This document shows positions 29,062 to 38,446 of a DNA stretch of 57,694 nt, piece by piece. The notes under the pieces are model-generated. The model ran no database searches and was not told the origin of the DNA. It was given only the letters and a program-made list of their open reading frames with translations. Position numbers and translations under genes: made by a program. Numbering within the stretch: position 1 is the first letter of the stretch; every line of letters begins with the position of its first letter. Source of the DNA: an uncultured archaeon (GTDB taxonomy: Archaea > Aenigmatarchaeota > Aenigmatarchaeia > GW2011-AR5); the NCBI GenBank assembly GCA_964456345.1, contig CAYVZO010000001.1:1-57694 (forward strand). The letters are read 5' to 3'.

Positions 29062-30295
29062 TATCAAGTATTATGCCTGCTCCTATTATGTTTCTGTTCT
29101 TCATGAGTATGAATCTTCCAAGAGGCGGAATCTCAGAGAAGCTGTCCATTGCAAATTCTTCATCAGCCAGGAAACCGACTATGCCTGCCTCGTTCTGCAT
29201 TATTTTTTTCGCATCCTTCTCGATGACTTCGCCGTTCTCGGAGTTTATTCTTTGCGATATCTCTTTTAGCCTGCATCTGCGGTCAGCTGTCCCGCATCTT
29301 ATGACAAGTTCATCTTCTATGTCGATGAAATCATTTTCCGTTATCAGGACCACTTGGGCAGAGAACCCTTTTCCTACGAAGGGCTTTTTGTCTGGATAGC
29401 AGCATACCTCGCCCCGCCCTACTGCTGTATTTTTTCCGTTACCAACCACGAAACCTATGCTCTCACCTGGCCCTGCTTTCTCAAGTTCCTTTTCGAGGAC
29501 AAGTATTTTTTTGACATCAGTCTTTATTCCAGACGGGAGGAAAAGAACCTCTCTCTTTTCAAGGATGCCTGACTCGACCATACCCACCAATATTTTTTCG
29601 TCATCAATCTCATATACGTCCTGTATAGGCAGGCGGAAGGCCTTCTCAGAAGCTGGCTCTTTTGGTGTTACCTTGTTTTCTATAGCCTCTACTAACGCAG
29701 GGCCATTGTACCATTGCATGCGGCTTTTTGCTTTCAGGACATTGTCGCCCTGCTTGGCAGATATAGGGACAAATACAAGCTCGCTTGGCGAGTAACCAAG
29801 ACCGGCCAGGAATTCTTTCAGCCCAGAAACAATACCATCAAAAATATTTTTGTCATAGCCAATTGTATCCATCTTGTTTACCGCCACGAAAACCTGTTTT
29901 ATTCCTAGAAGATTCACCAGGAACATATGCCTCTTCGTCTGCTCCTGTATGCCCTCGCCTTCTTTGGCAGAACAGACGAGTATGGCTGCATCTGCTTGGG
30001 AAGCACCGGTAATCATATTCTTCAGGAATTCCTTATGCCCAGGGCAATCTATTATAGTGTAGCTGTACTTCTCGCTTTCGAAAGGCGTCTGTATAGTGTC
30101 TATCGTTAGTCCGCCCTTCCGCTCCTCTTCCAGGTTGTCCATGAAGTGTGCAAAGTCAAGACCGCCTGATTCTGCCTTCACTTCCTCCATTCTGCCAGGA
30201 TTTATCGCGCCGCTGTCGTAGAGCAGCCTGCCTATTAACGTGGATTTTCCATGGTCCACGTGGCCGACAATGACAAGACTTATTTTCGGCTTCAT
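29051..30295 (-). CDS. cysN: Sulfate adenylyltransferase subunit 1-like GTPase (CysN, EF-1alpha-like subtype)
   Basis: G1 [21 protein letters not shown] and C-terminal [17 protein letters not shown]. Located downstream of cysD. The start at [11 protein letters not shown] is preferred over 30412. Confidence 0.75.
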   Translation of the reverse strand: MKPKISLVIVGHVDHGKSTLIGRLLYDSGAINPGRMEEVKAESGGLDFAHFMDNLEEERKGGLTIDTIQTPFESEKYSYTIIDCPGHKEFLKNMITGASQADAAILVCSAKEGEGIQEQTKRHMFLVNLLGIKQVFVAVNKMDTIGYDKNIFDGIVSGLKEFLAGLGYSPSELVFVPISAKQGDNVLKAKSRMQWYNGPALVEAIENKVTPKEPASEKAFRLPIQDVYEIDDEKILVGMVESGILEKREVLFLPSGIKTDVKKILVLEKELEKAGPGESIGFVVGNGKNTAVGRGEVCCYPDKKPFVGKGFSAQVVLITENDFIDIEDELVIRCGTADRRCRLKEISQRINSENGEVIEKDAKKIMQNEAGIVGFLADEEFAMDSFSEIPPLGRFILMKNRNIIGAGIILDIIA

Positions 30296-30308
30296 ACCAA
30301 CCTTTTCT

Positions 30309-30563
30309 TCACCGTCTTTCGAATACACTAAAACTTCGGAAACACCCAGCTTGCCTAACCTTTTTCTTATTAAGTAAAGGGGTATCAAAGAAGTCTTTTC
30401 TTTCCTCTTCATTCAGTTCGTTAATGCTTTGTACATGCCTCCTTGGTATCAATATATGGCCTTTCGTAACGTACGTAAGAGAGAGCACAGCCATTGTCCT
30501 ACCTGTTTCGTAAACCATCAGTTTTTTCATATCAGCGCAAAAAGGGCATTCCATAAAAATCAC
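30309..30563 (-). pseudogene. HIT-family (histidine triad) N-terminal fragment lacking the HxHxH motif
   Basis: ECPFCADM...[23 protein letters not shown] matches the first half of HIT proteins. No histidine triad follows in any frame. The reading frame appears to switch into the 5' extension of the cysN ORF. Confidence 0.45.
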
Positions 30564-31366
30564 ATATAACCCAGAGCCCGAAGCTTCTGCATCATGTAGG
30601 CCTTTTCCTTGTCCTGGCAGCGGCCTGAGCGCTCTGAGACCTTCGTGGTCCTGAGCTCTTCAACTATCTTGTCGATTGTGTCTGCATCCGAATCTACAGG
30701 TTTTGTACAGGGAACGCATCCAAGGCTTCTATAGCGCTTACCAGGATGCTTGAAGTTTGCAAAATATAATGGGTTTACAGGGATATCCTCCCTTTTTACG
30801 AATTCCCATATGTTCAGCTCGCTCCAGTGGAGAATCGGATGGACGCGTATATGCATGGCGTTTTCCGCCCTCCTGAATATGTTCCACATCTCAGGCGGCT
30901 GGTTCTTGTAATCCCACTGGAACTGCTCGTTCCTCGGCGAGAAGTAACGCTCCTTCGCGCGTATGCCGTGCTCATCCCTTCTTATTGCCAGGAAGAGGGC
31001 GTCGAACTTGTACTTCTCTAAGCATTTCTGGAGAGCTTCCGTCTTCAGCCTTGTGCAGCACTCCAGACGACCTTTCTCAGGGCATACGCCTTCTTTCTTT
31101 GCTTCCTCGTTCGTCGCTATTATAAGTTTCATCCCCCATTCCTTCACCAGCCTGTCCCGGAATTCGTACATCTCTGGGAATTTATAGCCTGTATCTATAT
31201 GTATGACCGGGAAAGGGATTTTTCCGAAGAATGCCTTCTTGAAAAGCCACAGAAGCGCAGTTGAATCCTTCCCAACGGACCACAGGGAAGCAGGATTCTT
31301 GTATTGAGCATATGCCTCCCTTATTATGTATATGCTTCTGTTGATAAGGTCGTCGAGATTATCCAT
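30560..31366 (-). CDS. cysD: Sulfate adenylyltransferase subunit 2 (CysD; PAPS-reductase/ATP-PPase fold)
   Basis: SVGKDSTALLWL PP-loop, HIDTGYKFPEMYEFRD, and a C-terminal ...KLRALGYM tail typical of CysD. Confidence 0.9.
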   Translation of the reverse strand: MDNLDDLINRSIYIIREAYAQYKNPASLWSVGKDSTALLWLFKKAFFGKIPFPVIHIDTGYKFPEMYEFRDRLVKEWGMKLIIATNEEAKKEGVCPEKGRLECCTRLKTEALQKCLEKYKFDALFLAIRRDEHGIRAKERYFSPRNEQFQWDYKNQPPEMWNIFRRAENAMHIRVHPILHWSELNIWEFVKREDIPVNPLYFANFKHPGKRYRSLGCVPCTKPVDSDADTIDKIVEELRTTKVSERSGRCQDKEKAYMMQKLRALGYM

Positions 31367-31375
31367 GATACCACA

Positions 31376-32152
31376 TCACCAAATGAATATATTTGCAATA
31401 ATCCATATACCGGAAACTATTGAAAGCACGCCTACTATTTTGCGCACAAGCGCACAGTCCATTTTTGTACATATGAAAGGCCCTATCAAGCCGCCGAAAA
31501 AAGCACCTGTGCATAGAATAGTTGTGAAGAGCATGTCAGGCATCCCGCTCAGAAGGAAATAAAAGAGAAACCCGAGAAGGCATATCGGCACCTCTGCATA
31601 GGTTGTAGTAGCAACACTCACCCTGCCGCCAAGTCCTCCTATAATCTTTCCTGTGCTTGTCACAGGACCGAATCCTCCGCCTGATAGTGCCTTGTTGAAT
31701 GCGGACAGCGCCCCTATAAAGTACATTTTCCACCAGCGGAACTTATAGCTGTATTTTGCAATACACAGAAATCCCATCGCTATAACAAGCATTCCGATGT
31801 AGGTTTTTACCCATAGAGCTGGGATTGATAATGCTATAAAGGCACCCAGGGTTACAGCAGCGATACCTGGGGCAACAACAGCAAGTACTATTTTCGTATG
31901 CTTTGTGAGGCCCCAAAAGTCAGCATTCTTCTTTTTATGATGAAATATAGTGCCGCTTATACTTCCGATTGCCTGTGATATCAGTATAGCAGGAACTACG
32001 ACAAGAGGGCTGAATCCCATTATGATAAACATAGGCGACAGCAGAGTACCGTACATCATACCCAGGGAGCTGTCTATAATTTCCATAACCATCGCCATTA
32101 AAAACATTATTACGATCATTTCTATTCCAAACATGCAAACAGCCCAAAGCAA
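31376..32152 (-). CDS. TauE/SafE-family (DUF81) anion exporter-like membrane protein
   Basis: 258 aa with about 8 TM helices and Gly-rich loops (ALSGGGFGPV). Lies between the DUF2061 gene and cysD. Confidence 0.65.
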   Translation of the reverse strand: MLWAVCMFGIEMIVIMFLMAMVMEIIDSSLGMMYGTLLSPMFIIMGFSPLVVVPAILISQAIGSISGTIFHHKKKNADFWGLTKHTKIVLAVVAPGIAAVTLGAFIALSIPALWVKTYIGMLVIAMGFLCIAKYSYKFRWWKMYFIGALSAFNKALSGGGFGPVTSTGKIIGGLGGRVSVATTTYAEVPICLLGFLFYFLLSGMPDMLFTTILCTGAFFGGLIGPFICTKMDCALVRKIVGVLSIVSGIWIIANIFIW

Positions 32153-32210
32153 CCAAGATATATTTTAATTAAAATACATTAAGAAATATTTAAAGGTTTC
32201 GACCCAGTTG

Positions 32211-32501
32211 TTATTCAACGTATCCGAGTTCCTTCAGCCTTTTGAAGAGTTTTTCTTTTTGCGCTTCGTTAAGGTCTTCAAAATCCGAAGCCTTTATTTT
32301 TTTCTTACCGAAACTTACATGTTCCCATACCCTTTCGTGGAAATAATAAGAAAATAGCTTTGCCACGCTGTCCACGCCGGCTATAGCAGCTGAAACGAAG
32401 AAGTTCCCTGTAAACACGTAACTTACGATACCGGTTATAATAAATGCAACAGTCCTCCATGTTACGGTCTTCGTTATCGAACGTATCCTCCTGTCAGGCA
32501 T
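32211..32501 (-). CDS. DUF2061-type small membrane protein with CysD-like C-terminal tail
   Basis: RSITKTVTWRTVAFIITG... two-TM core, then a soluble tail ending KLFKRLKELGYVE. Confidence 0.6.
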   Translation of the reverse strand: MPDRRIRSITKTVTWRTVAFIITGIVSYVFTGNFFVSAAIAGVDSVAKLFSYYFHERVWEHVSFGKKKIKASDFEDLNEAQKEKLFKRLKELGYVE

Positions 32502-32595
32502 GGTATATAATTAATCAAAAAACGATTAAATAAGCATTTCAATAACTTGGTAATCGCATAAATACATTTTTATTCTCCTTCTGCTAATTATATTC

Positions 32596-33396
32596 ATGGT
32601 TCTCGAGTCGATGCTGGAGCCGATGAGCGCCGAGAAGAGGCCCCTGAACGTTTTAATCATAGCCTTCCTTTATACTATAATCGCGATAGTGGCAGCGAAC
32701 CAGTTGTTCCCTGCACAGTCTTCCATCCTGGCAGTCGCGCTAGTCACGATGCTTTTTGTCCCGCTTTTCCAGAAGATTTTCATCCTTGAGGAGAAGAGGG
32801 ACCTTGTAAAAGGAGAGAACATATTCGTACGGCACCGCGAGGTTATCACAGTCTTCTCCGCTTTCTTTTTGGGCTCGATACTGGCAGTGAGCTTCGTCTT
32901 CATATTCTTCAACAGCCAGTTCGGCAACGTCTTTTTCCTGCAAAAGGACTGGTTCATAAGGCAGGGAATGATAGCCACAGGCAATGTAGTAGGGTTCTCG
33001 GACTTCTTCTTCAACAATACCCAGGTAATGGTGCTTATATTCATACTTTCCATGCTGTTCGGCGCAGGAGCTGTGTTCATACTTTCCTGGAACGCGTCAG
33101 TCATCGGTGTTTATACAGGGCTGATAGTTAATTCCTTCATGGTAAAGGGCCTGCCTGCAATGAACGCTTACGTATTCGGCGTGCCTGTCGCGTTAGCCTC
33201 GATAGCGTTGCATGGCATGCATGAGATACTTGCCTATTTCTTTGCAGGAATCGCAGGCGGTATCCTGTCGGTTGGCCTCTTGAGGGAGAGGATAGGAAGC
33301 AGGAACTTCAGGATGATATTTATAGACTCGCTGAAATTCCTTGTCATAGCCGAAGTGTTCATAGCAGCCGCTGCCTGGCTAGAAGTAGTTTTCTAG
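32596..33396 (+). CDS. SpoIIM-like (DUF95) membrane protein
   Basis: Polytopic protein. HGMHEILAYFFAGIAGG matches the conserved HG..E motif region of the family. Confidence 0.6.
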   Translation: MVLESMLEPMSAEKRPLNVLIIAFLYTIIAIVAANQLFPAQSSILAVALVTMLFVPLFQKIFILEEKRDLVKGENIFVRHREVITVFSAFFLGSILAVSFVFIFFNSQFGNVFFLQKDWFIRQGMIATGNVVGFSDFFFNNTQVMVLIFILSMLFGAGAVFILSWNASVIGVYTGLIVNSFMVKGLPAMNAYVFGVPVALASIALHGMHEILAYFFAGIAGGILSVGLLRERIGSRNFRMIFIDSLKFLVIAEVFIAAAAWLEVVF

Positions 33397-34658
33397 TTGC
33401 CCTCTAAAATATCTTTTGCTCTTGCAACTGTAATGTTCTTTTCTTTTATCATCTGTTCAGCGATTTTTTCCACCAAATCGCCCTTTGCACCTGCGATAAC
33501 CGCGATATTGTTTGCATGCAGCTCCATATGCCCTCTCTGGATGCCCTCTTTTGAGATTGCCCGGACAGCTGCGAAGTTGTTTGCAAGACCGACGCATGCC
33601 ATTATCTCTGCAAGCTCTCCTGCGCTTGAAACTCCCAGTATCTTTAGCCCTATCCTTGCAACTGGATGGGTCTTTGTGGCACCGCCAACTATGCCGACTG
33701 CCAACGGAATTTCTATGCTCCCGACCAGGTTGCCTTTTCCATCTTTTTCGTATTTTGTCAAAGGCTGGTATTTGCTGCTGCTGCCTGCTTTGTAAGAAGC
33801 ATAAGCATGTGCACCTGCTTCCAAAGCGCGCCAGTCATTGCCTGTGGCAATAGCAACAGCATCAATGCCGTTCATTATCCCTTTGTTGTGGGTTGCTGCC
33901 CTGAAAGGGTCGTTCTTTGCCAGGTGATAAATATCAAGCATGCCCTCGATGACGTCTTCTCCAAGGTCTTTTTTCTTCCACACCGCCCGTGCCCTCACCA
34001 GCCGCTTTTCCGCAAGGTTTGATATTATCCTTAGTCTAGACCTCCCTCCTGTAAGCTCTTCCAAGAATGGGGCAAGATACTCTACCATCGTGTTTATCGC
34101 ATTTGCTCCCATGGCGTCTTTTACGTCAACTATGATGTGGACAATAAGCATCTTCCCGCGCTCGCTTTCGATTATACGTGCTTCCACGTCCTTGACCCCG
34201 CCGCCGAATTTTATGAGCATGGAGTCACGGCTGTTCGCCCTTTTGGTTATCTCCTCCTTGTTAGCCAGGATTGTGTTTTTCGCCTCTTCCACGTCTTTGA
34301 TATTCACAAGCTGTATCTGGCCTATCATAAGGGAAGCTTCGCTCTCAGCAGTGAACCCCTCAGGAAGCGCAAGCTTTGCAGCATGCGATGCAGCAGCAAT
34401 GACAGAAGGCTCCTCGATAGCCATGGGGACAAGGACCTCTTTTTTATTTATCTTGAAGTTGGTTGCTATACCGAAAGGAATTTCCGTGGTGCCAATAACG
34501 TTCTCAACCATTATGTCAGCAAGCTCGAGGCTTATGGCGGATTTCCTCAGAACATCGCATTCCATATCATTGAGGCCGGCAATTTCCTTGATAATCTTAA
34601 GCCGTTCCTCAGGCTCCAGTTTCTTGAGGCTGTGTAATCTGGAACTTTTAGCACTCAT
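33393..34658 (-). CDS. HMG-CoA reductase, class II
   Basis: VENVIGTTEIPFGIATNFKINKKEVLVPMAIEEPSVIAAASHAAK closely follows the class II (Pseudomonas mevalonii-type) signature. 421 aa with no membrane anchor. Confidence 0.9.
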   Translation of the reverse strand: MSAKSSRLHSLKKLEPEERLKIIKEIAGLNDMECDVLRKSAISLELADIMVENVIGTTEIPFGIATNFKINKKEVLVPMAIEEPSVIAAASHAAKLALPEGFTAESEASLMIGQIQLVNIKDVEEAKNTILANKEEITKRANSRDSMLIKFGGGVKDVEARIIESERGKMLIVHIIVDVKDAMGANAINTMVEYLAPFLEELTGGRSRLRIISNLAEKRLVRARAVWKKKDLGEDVIEGMLDIYHLAKNDPFRAATHNKGIMNGIDAVAIATGNDWRALEAGAHAYASYKAGSSSKYQPLTKYEKDGKGNLVGSIEIPLAVGIVGGATKTHPVARIGLKILGVSSAGELAEIMACVGLANNFAAVRAISKEGIQRGHMELHANNIAVIAGAKGDLVEKIAEQMIKEKNITVARAKDILEGN

Positions 34659-34813
34659 AACAACATAGAATTGATATTATCGTATTTAAGGTTAATCCCG
34701 AGGTAAAAATAACAAGCAAAAAAATCAGTAAAAAACTACAACTTATTTCTTTTTAGGTCCGCGTGAACCGCAACCCACAAAATTACCTCGAATATTTTAA
34801 TTACTCCACATAC

Positions 34814-35188
34814 TTATATATCCTCTATGCTTATCCCGTGCTCCTGGGCAAACTTCTTGCCTATATTGCCCTTGTTGCTCATCACGTCAGGAAGCTTAAG
34901 GAAAATCCAGCCTTTTCTGCTGAGCTTCCACGCGATATAAGGCACTGCTCCTGCTTTTTCTTCCCACTGTTTCAATTCGTCCAGCTGCTCTTTATCCATC
35001 GTGAAAGCATCCCTACGGGACTTGCATTCTATTACAACAAGCCTCCTGTTTTTGGCAGCCACTATGTCAGGCGAGGCCAGGCATATGCGCCCTGAACGCG
35101 GGGTCCGTATAACCATGAATCCAAGCTGTGAAAGAAGATGAACGAGCTCGCGCTCAGCTCTGTAGCCCTTGGAGTATTTCTTAATCAT
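34814..35188 (-). CDS. hjc: Holliday junction resolvase Hjc
   Basis: GYRAERELVHLL...PDIVAAKNRRLVVIECKS nuclease core. 124 aa. Confidence 0.85.
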   Translation of the reverse strand: MIKKYSKGYRAERELVHLLSQLGFMVIRTPRSGRICLASPDIVAAKNRRLVVIECKSRRDAFTMDKEQLDELKQWEEKAGAVPYIAWKLSRKGWIFLKLPDVMSNKGNIGKKFAQEHGISIEDI

Positions 35189-35226
35189 GAAATCTTTTTA
35201 ATATGGCAGACTATTAATAATTAGGT

Positions 35227-35763
35227 GTGAGCATGAGATTCAAAGTTCTGGTAAGCGAGGTAATGAACAGGAGAGTAAGGACAGTTAAATTGAACGATAC
35301 TATAAAGAAAGCAGCCGGGATAATGAAGAAGTCCGGCATCGGTTCTGTCCTAGTGGTAGAAGGCAGGAAAGTCAAGGGAATAATAACAGACAGGGATATA
35401 GTATTCAAGTTCGTCGCACTTGGCAGGGGTAAACTCGCAAAGGATATTATGACGAGAAAAATCGTTACGCTCTCTCCGAAAAAGACCATAGAGGATGCAG
35501 CTCTCCTCATGGCCAAGAAAAGGATAGAGAAGCTGCCGGTCATCGAGAATGGCTGTGTTATAGGCATTATTACGAGCACGGACATACTCAGGATAGAGCC
35601 CGCACTTTTTAACATACTGCTCGAGAAAATGAAGATAGGCGGACCTTCCAAATTCATTCAGGAGGCGGATTTCGGCGAATGCGAGGTGTGCGGCAACTAC
35701 TCTGACGACATAAAAGAGTTAGACGGACGATATATGTGCAAGCAGTGCCGGGAGACGGTATAA
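35227..35763 (+). CDS. CBS-domain pair protein with C-terminal zinc ribbon
   Basis: Two CBS repeats (VMNRRVRTV...GIGSVLVV; IMTRKIVTL...IEKLPVI) followed by CEVCGNYS...CKQC. Confidence 0.8.
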   Translation: MSMRFKVLVSEVMNRRVRTVKLNDTIKKAAGIMKKSGIGSVLVVEGRKVKGIITDRDIVFKFVALGRGKLAKDIMTRKIVTLSPKKTIEDAALLMAKKRIEKLPVIENGCVIGIITSTDILRIEPALFNILLEKMKIGGPSKFIQEADFGECEVCGNYSDDIKELDGRYMCKQCRETV

Positions 35764-36204
35764 ATGGGAAGGGTGGAAAAAACCTCTTTTTCGAAGAAAT
35801 TCATCATAAGGACAAAAGACCCGGTTTCATTGGCAGCAAGTTTGTTTGAAACAGTATCATCGTACGGAAACGTGGAAAGGAATAAGAACATCTACGAGAC
35901 AGACGGGCCCAGGAAAAGGCTTAACATGGAATTCGAGCTGCTCGAGAAAATAGACAACAAGTCAAGCGTACGGCTTGTTTTCTCCCTCCTTGGCGAGTGG
36001 AATGGCTATGGTTTTCTTGAGATAGGGATGAAGAGCGTATCGACAACGGAAAGGGAGCCTGGCGGTGTATTCACTGAAACGTTCTCTGAATTCTATATGA
36101 ATGAGCTTTTGCCAAGGAGCCTTGGAACCGCAGAAAAGAAGATAGAAGGCATAGCCGAAGACATAGAGAAGAAGCTCAGGAAAGAGCACCCTGATGAATT
36201 TTAA
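35764..36204 (+). CDS. Hypothetical protein; in frame with the downstream HD-domain segment across one TAA
   Basis: 146 aa with no recognisable motif. It ends ...KKLRKEHPDEF, then TAA at 36202..36204. Confidence 0.45.
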   Translation: MGRVEKTSFSKKFIIRTKDPVSLAASLFETVSSYGNVERNKNIYETDGPRKRLNMEFELLEKIDNKSSVRLVFSLLGEWNGYGFLEIGMKSVSTTEREPGGVFTETFSEFYMNELLPRSLGTAEKKIEGIAEDIEKKLRKEHPDEF

Positions 36205-36681
36205 TCCTTTGTCACTTATTCTATCCTACTTTCTGAAAAACTGGGCGCAGACAAGGAAGTCGTCGAACTTGCTGCCTGGCTGCACGACATAACAGTTAGA
36301 AAAGACGATGAAAACCACCATGAAAGCGGGCAAAAAGAGGCAGAAGAAATCTTAAAGAGGTTTGGGTATCCCGAGGATGTGATAGATAAAGTAAAGGACT
36401 CTATCGAATCGCATAGGGCATCCAAGGACATAGAACCGAAAAGCCTGGAGGCGGAGATAATACGCAATGCAGACGCCATGTCGCATTTGGATATTCTGCC
36501 TGTACTTTTCAAATATAGGTCAGAGAAAGAAAAGGACTTCGCCAAAGTCTTCCAGTGGGTATACGACAAGGTTGAACAGGACTGGAACAAGAAAATAACA
36601 CTAAAGGAGGCCAGGTTTATGGCGAAGGAAAAATACGACGCGATAAAGACGATTCTCGGTGCCATGAAGAAATATTTGTGA
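36205..36681 (+). CDS. HD-domain phosphohydrolase segment without its own canonical start codon
   Basis: Manual translation from 36205 gives SFVTYSILLSEKLGADKEVVELAAWLHDIT...SIESHRAS...IIRNADAMSHL, with HD motifs. The first start in frame is the GTG at 36379, downstream of the HD dyad. Confidence 0.5.
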   Translation, partial: SFVTYSILLSEKLGADKEVVELAAWLHDITVRKDDENHHESGQKEAEEILKRFGYPEDVIDKVKDSIESHRASKDIEPKSLEAEIIRNADAMSHLDILPVLFKYRSEKEKDFAKVFQWVYDKVEQDWNKKITLKEARFMAKEKYDAIKTILGAMKKYL

Positions 36682-36896
36682 TCATTCCTGCTGAATTCTA
36701 ACCTACTAAACGGGTATTTTACCGCTTCTGGAAAGGCTTAAGTATGTTTCTGTGGTTAACTATAAGCAATATTTATCTGGTAGAAATAGGAATGAATGAT
36801 AATCATCGAGTGATTTCATGTTCATAAAATCGGCTGTTTATACAATGTACGATTAGACCTGTTTCTGCTAGTTTAACAAAAAGGAGTGTGATTATT

Positions 36897-38078
36897 ATGG
36901 CCAAGTTGGCCCAGAATTTCGCAAAGTACCTTATTTACGCAAAACTAGATGCAAAAGGCGTGGTCGAGAGACCTGACGTAATCGGAGCTATTTTCGGCCA
37001 GACAGAAGGCCTGCTCGGCAATGATTTGGACCTGAGGGAGCTCCAGAGGACAGGAAGAATAGGCAGGATAGAAGTGAACGTTAAGACGAACAGGGGAAAA
37101 GCTACCGCAGAAATAACAATACCTTCAAGCCTGGACGCGTCTGAAACATCGCTCATCGCTTCTTCTTTGGAAACCATAGACAAAGTAGGGCCGTGCGATG
37201 CAAAAATCTCTATAGAAAAGGTCGATGATGTAAGGTCGGTAAAAAGGCGTTACGTTGTTGACAGGGCAAAGGAGATATTGAAGAACATGGTGGAGATAGG
37301 CATACCTGATTCGCAGAAGCTTTCCGAGTCGATAAAAGAGGCAGTCAGGTCATGGGAGGTCTCTTCTTATTTCGGACTGAGCTGCGGCCCGAATATAATG
37401 GACACGGACGAGATAATAGTTGTCGAGGGCAGAGCGGACGTCATAAACATGCTGAAGAACGGCATCAGGAACGTAATAGCCATAGAAGGTAGCCGGATAC
37501 CCGAGGCTATAATAAAACTTTCCAAGGAAAAGGTTGTTACAGCATTCATGGACGGTGACCGCGGCGGTGACCTGGACCTGAAGAAACTGGTTGAAGTGGC
37601 TGACATAGACTTCGTAGCCAGGGCAGAGAGCGGAAAAGAGGTTGAGGAGCTCACGAAGAAACAGATATTCAAGGCCCTGAGGGAAAAAATACCTGTTGAC
37701 CAGGTTACAGACAAGACTGCTATGTCGGAAAAGGAGGCAGAGTCTACATCCGTTATCAGCCGTGAATTCGATGAGAAAAACCTGAAGCTCGTGAAGTCCC
37801 TACTTGAGGACCTCGTGGGAACGAAGGCTGCCTATCTTTTGGACAGCAACCTCCAGATACTGAGCAAGGTCCCGCTAAGCGAATTGGGCGACGTCATAAA
37901 CAACTTCAGCAACGTATATATGCTGATATTCGACGGTAAAGTGAACCAGTACATTACAGATCTTGCACTGCAGAGGAAGATATATTACATAGTAGGCATG
38001 GATATGAAAGAACCTGTAAAGACAGGGTCTGTAAAGGTGCTTACCATGGAAAACCTAACCAAAAGAAATGAACAGTAG
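36897..38078 (+). CDS. dnaG: Archaeal DnaG-type primase (Toprim)
   Basis: YLIYAKLDAKGVVERPDVIGAIFGQTEGLLG N-terminus, with Toprim motifs IIVVEGRADV and FMDGDRGGD. AAGGAG lies upstream of the ATG at 36897. Confidence 0.9.
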   Translation: MAKLAQNFAKYLIYAKLDAKGVVERPDVIGAIFGQTEGLLGNDLDLRELQRTGRIGRIEVNVKTNRGKATAEITIPSSLDASETSLIASSLETIDKVGPCDAKISIEKVDDVRSVKRRYVVDRAKEILKNMVEIGIPDSQKLSESIKEAVRSWEVSSYFGLSCGPNIMDTDEIIVVEGRADVINMLKNGIRNVIAIEGSRIPEAIIKLSKEKVVTAFMDGDRGGDLDLKKLVEVADIDFVARAESGKEVEELTKKQIFKALREKIPVDQVTDKTAMSEKEAESTSVISREFDEKNLKLVKSLLEDLVGTKAAYLLDSNLQILSKVPLSELGDVINNFSNVYMLIFDGKVNQYITDLALQRKIYYIVGMDMKEPVKTGSVKVLTMENLTKRNEQ

Positions 38079-38305
38079 AAAACCAAAAACAATTTAAACA
38101 GAGGATTGAACATAATAAAAGTGAGATAGGATGATGCAGAATTGGTATTATTCTAATTCTAATTTAGTTAGGCCATCCTATCTGTTCCACAAGCTTACAG
38201 CAATCGTATGCTGATACGGGATGACTCTTTTCTAAGATGACCATATCATAATCCCAAAGCAATTGTTTTTGTTTCTTAATATATAATAACAAGAGGTGAT
38301 AAAGA

Positions 38306-38446
38306 ATGGAAATGCCAAAGTGTTGCGGAAAGGAAATGAGAATAAACATAGAAACAGACAGATTTACAGAGGTACAATGCCCTGTCTGCGGAGACGTTAT
38401 ATTCATCAAGAGAGGATCTTCTTTACCTCAGATGATTGATGACTAG
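38306..38446 (+). CDS. Small zinc-ribbon protein, 46 aa (below the ORF-track cutoff)
   Basis: Manual translation: MEMPKCCGKEMRINIETDRFTEVQCPVCGDVIFIKRGSSLPQMIDD. GAGGTGA lies 7 nt upstream of the ATG. Confidence 0.4.
   Translation: MEMPKCCGKEMRINIETDRFTEVQCPVCGDVIFIKRGSSLPQMIDD

Noticed and set aside
28336-29067. 243-aa ORF antisense to the small AP-superfamily gene
   Set aside because: The + strand product has the AP-superfamily metal-ligand motifs, and the minus-strand product has none. It would also collide with the cysN 3' end.
33940-34668. 242-aa ORF antisense to HMG-CoA reductase
   Set aside because: Shadow ORF opposite a gene with an unambiguous class II HMGR signature.
38124-38183. 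10-bp inverted repeat AGATAGGATG ... CATCCTATCT with a 40-nt loop downstream of dnaG
   Set aside because: The loop is large and there is no flanking T-run or conserved RNA motif. It is insufficient to call a terminator or an ncRNA.
38164-38409. 81-aa minus-strand ORF from the ORF track
   Set aside because: It has no ribosome-binding site or motif. The + strand here encodes a 46-aa zinc-ribbon ORF with a good SD, which explains the region better.
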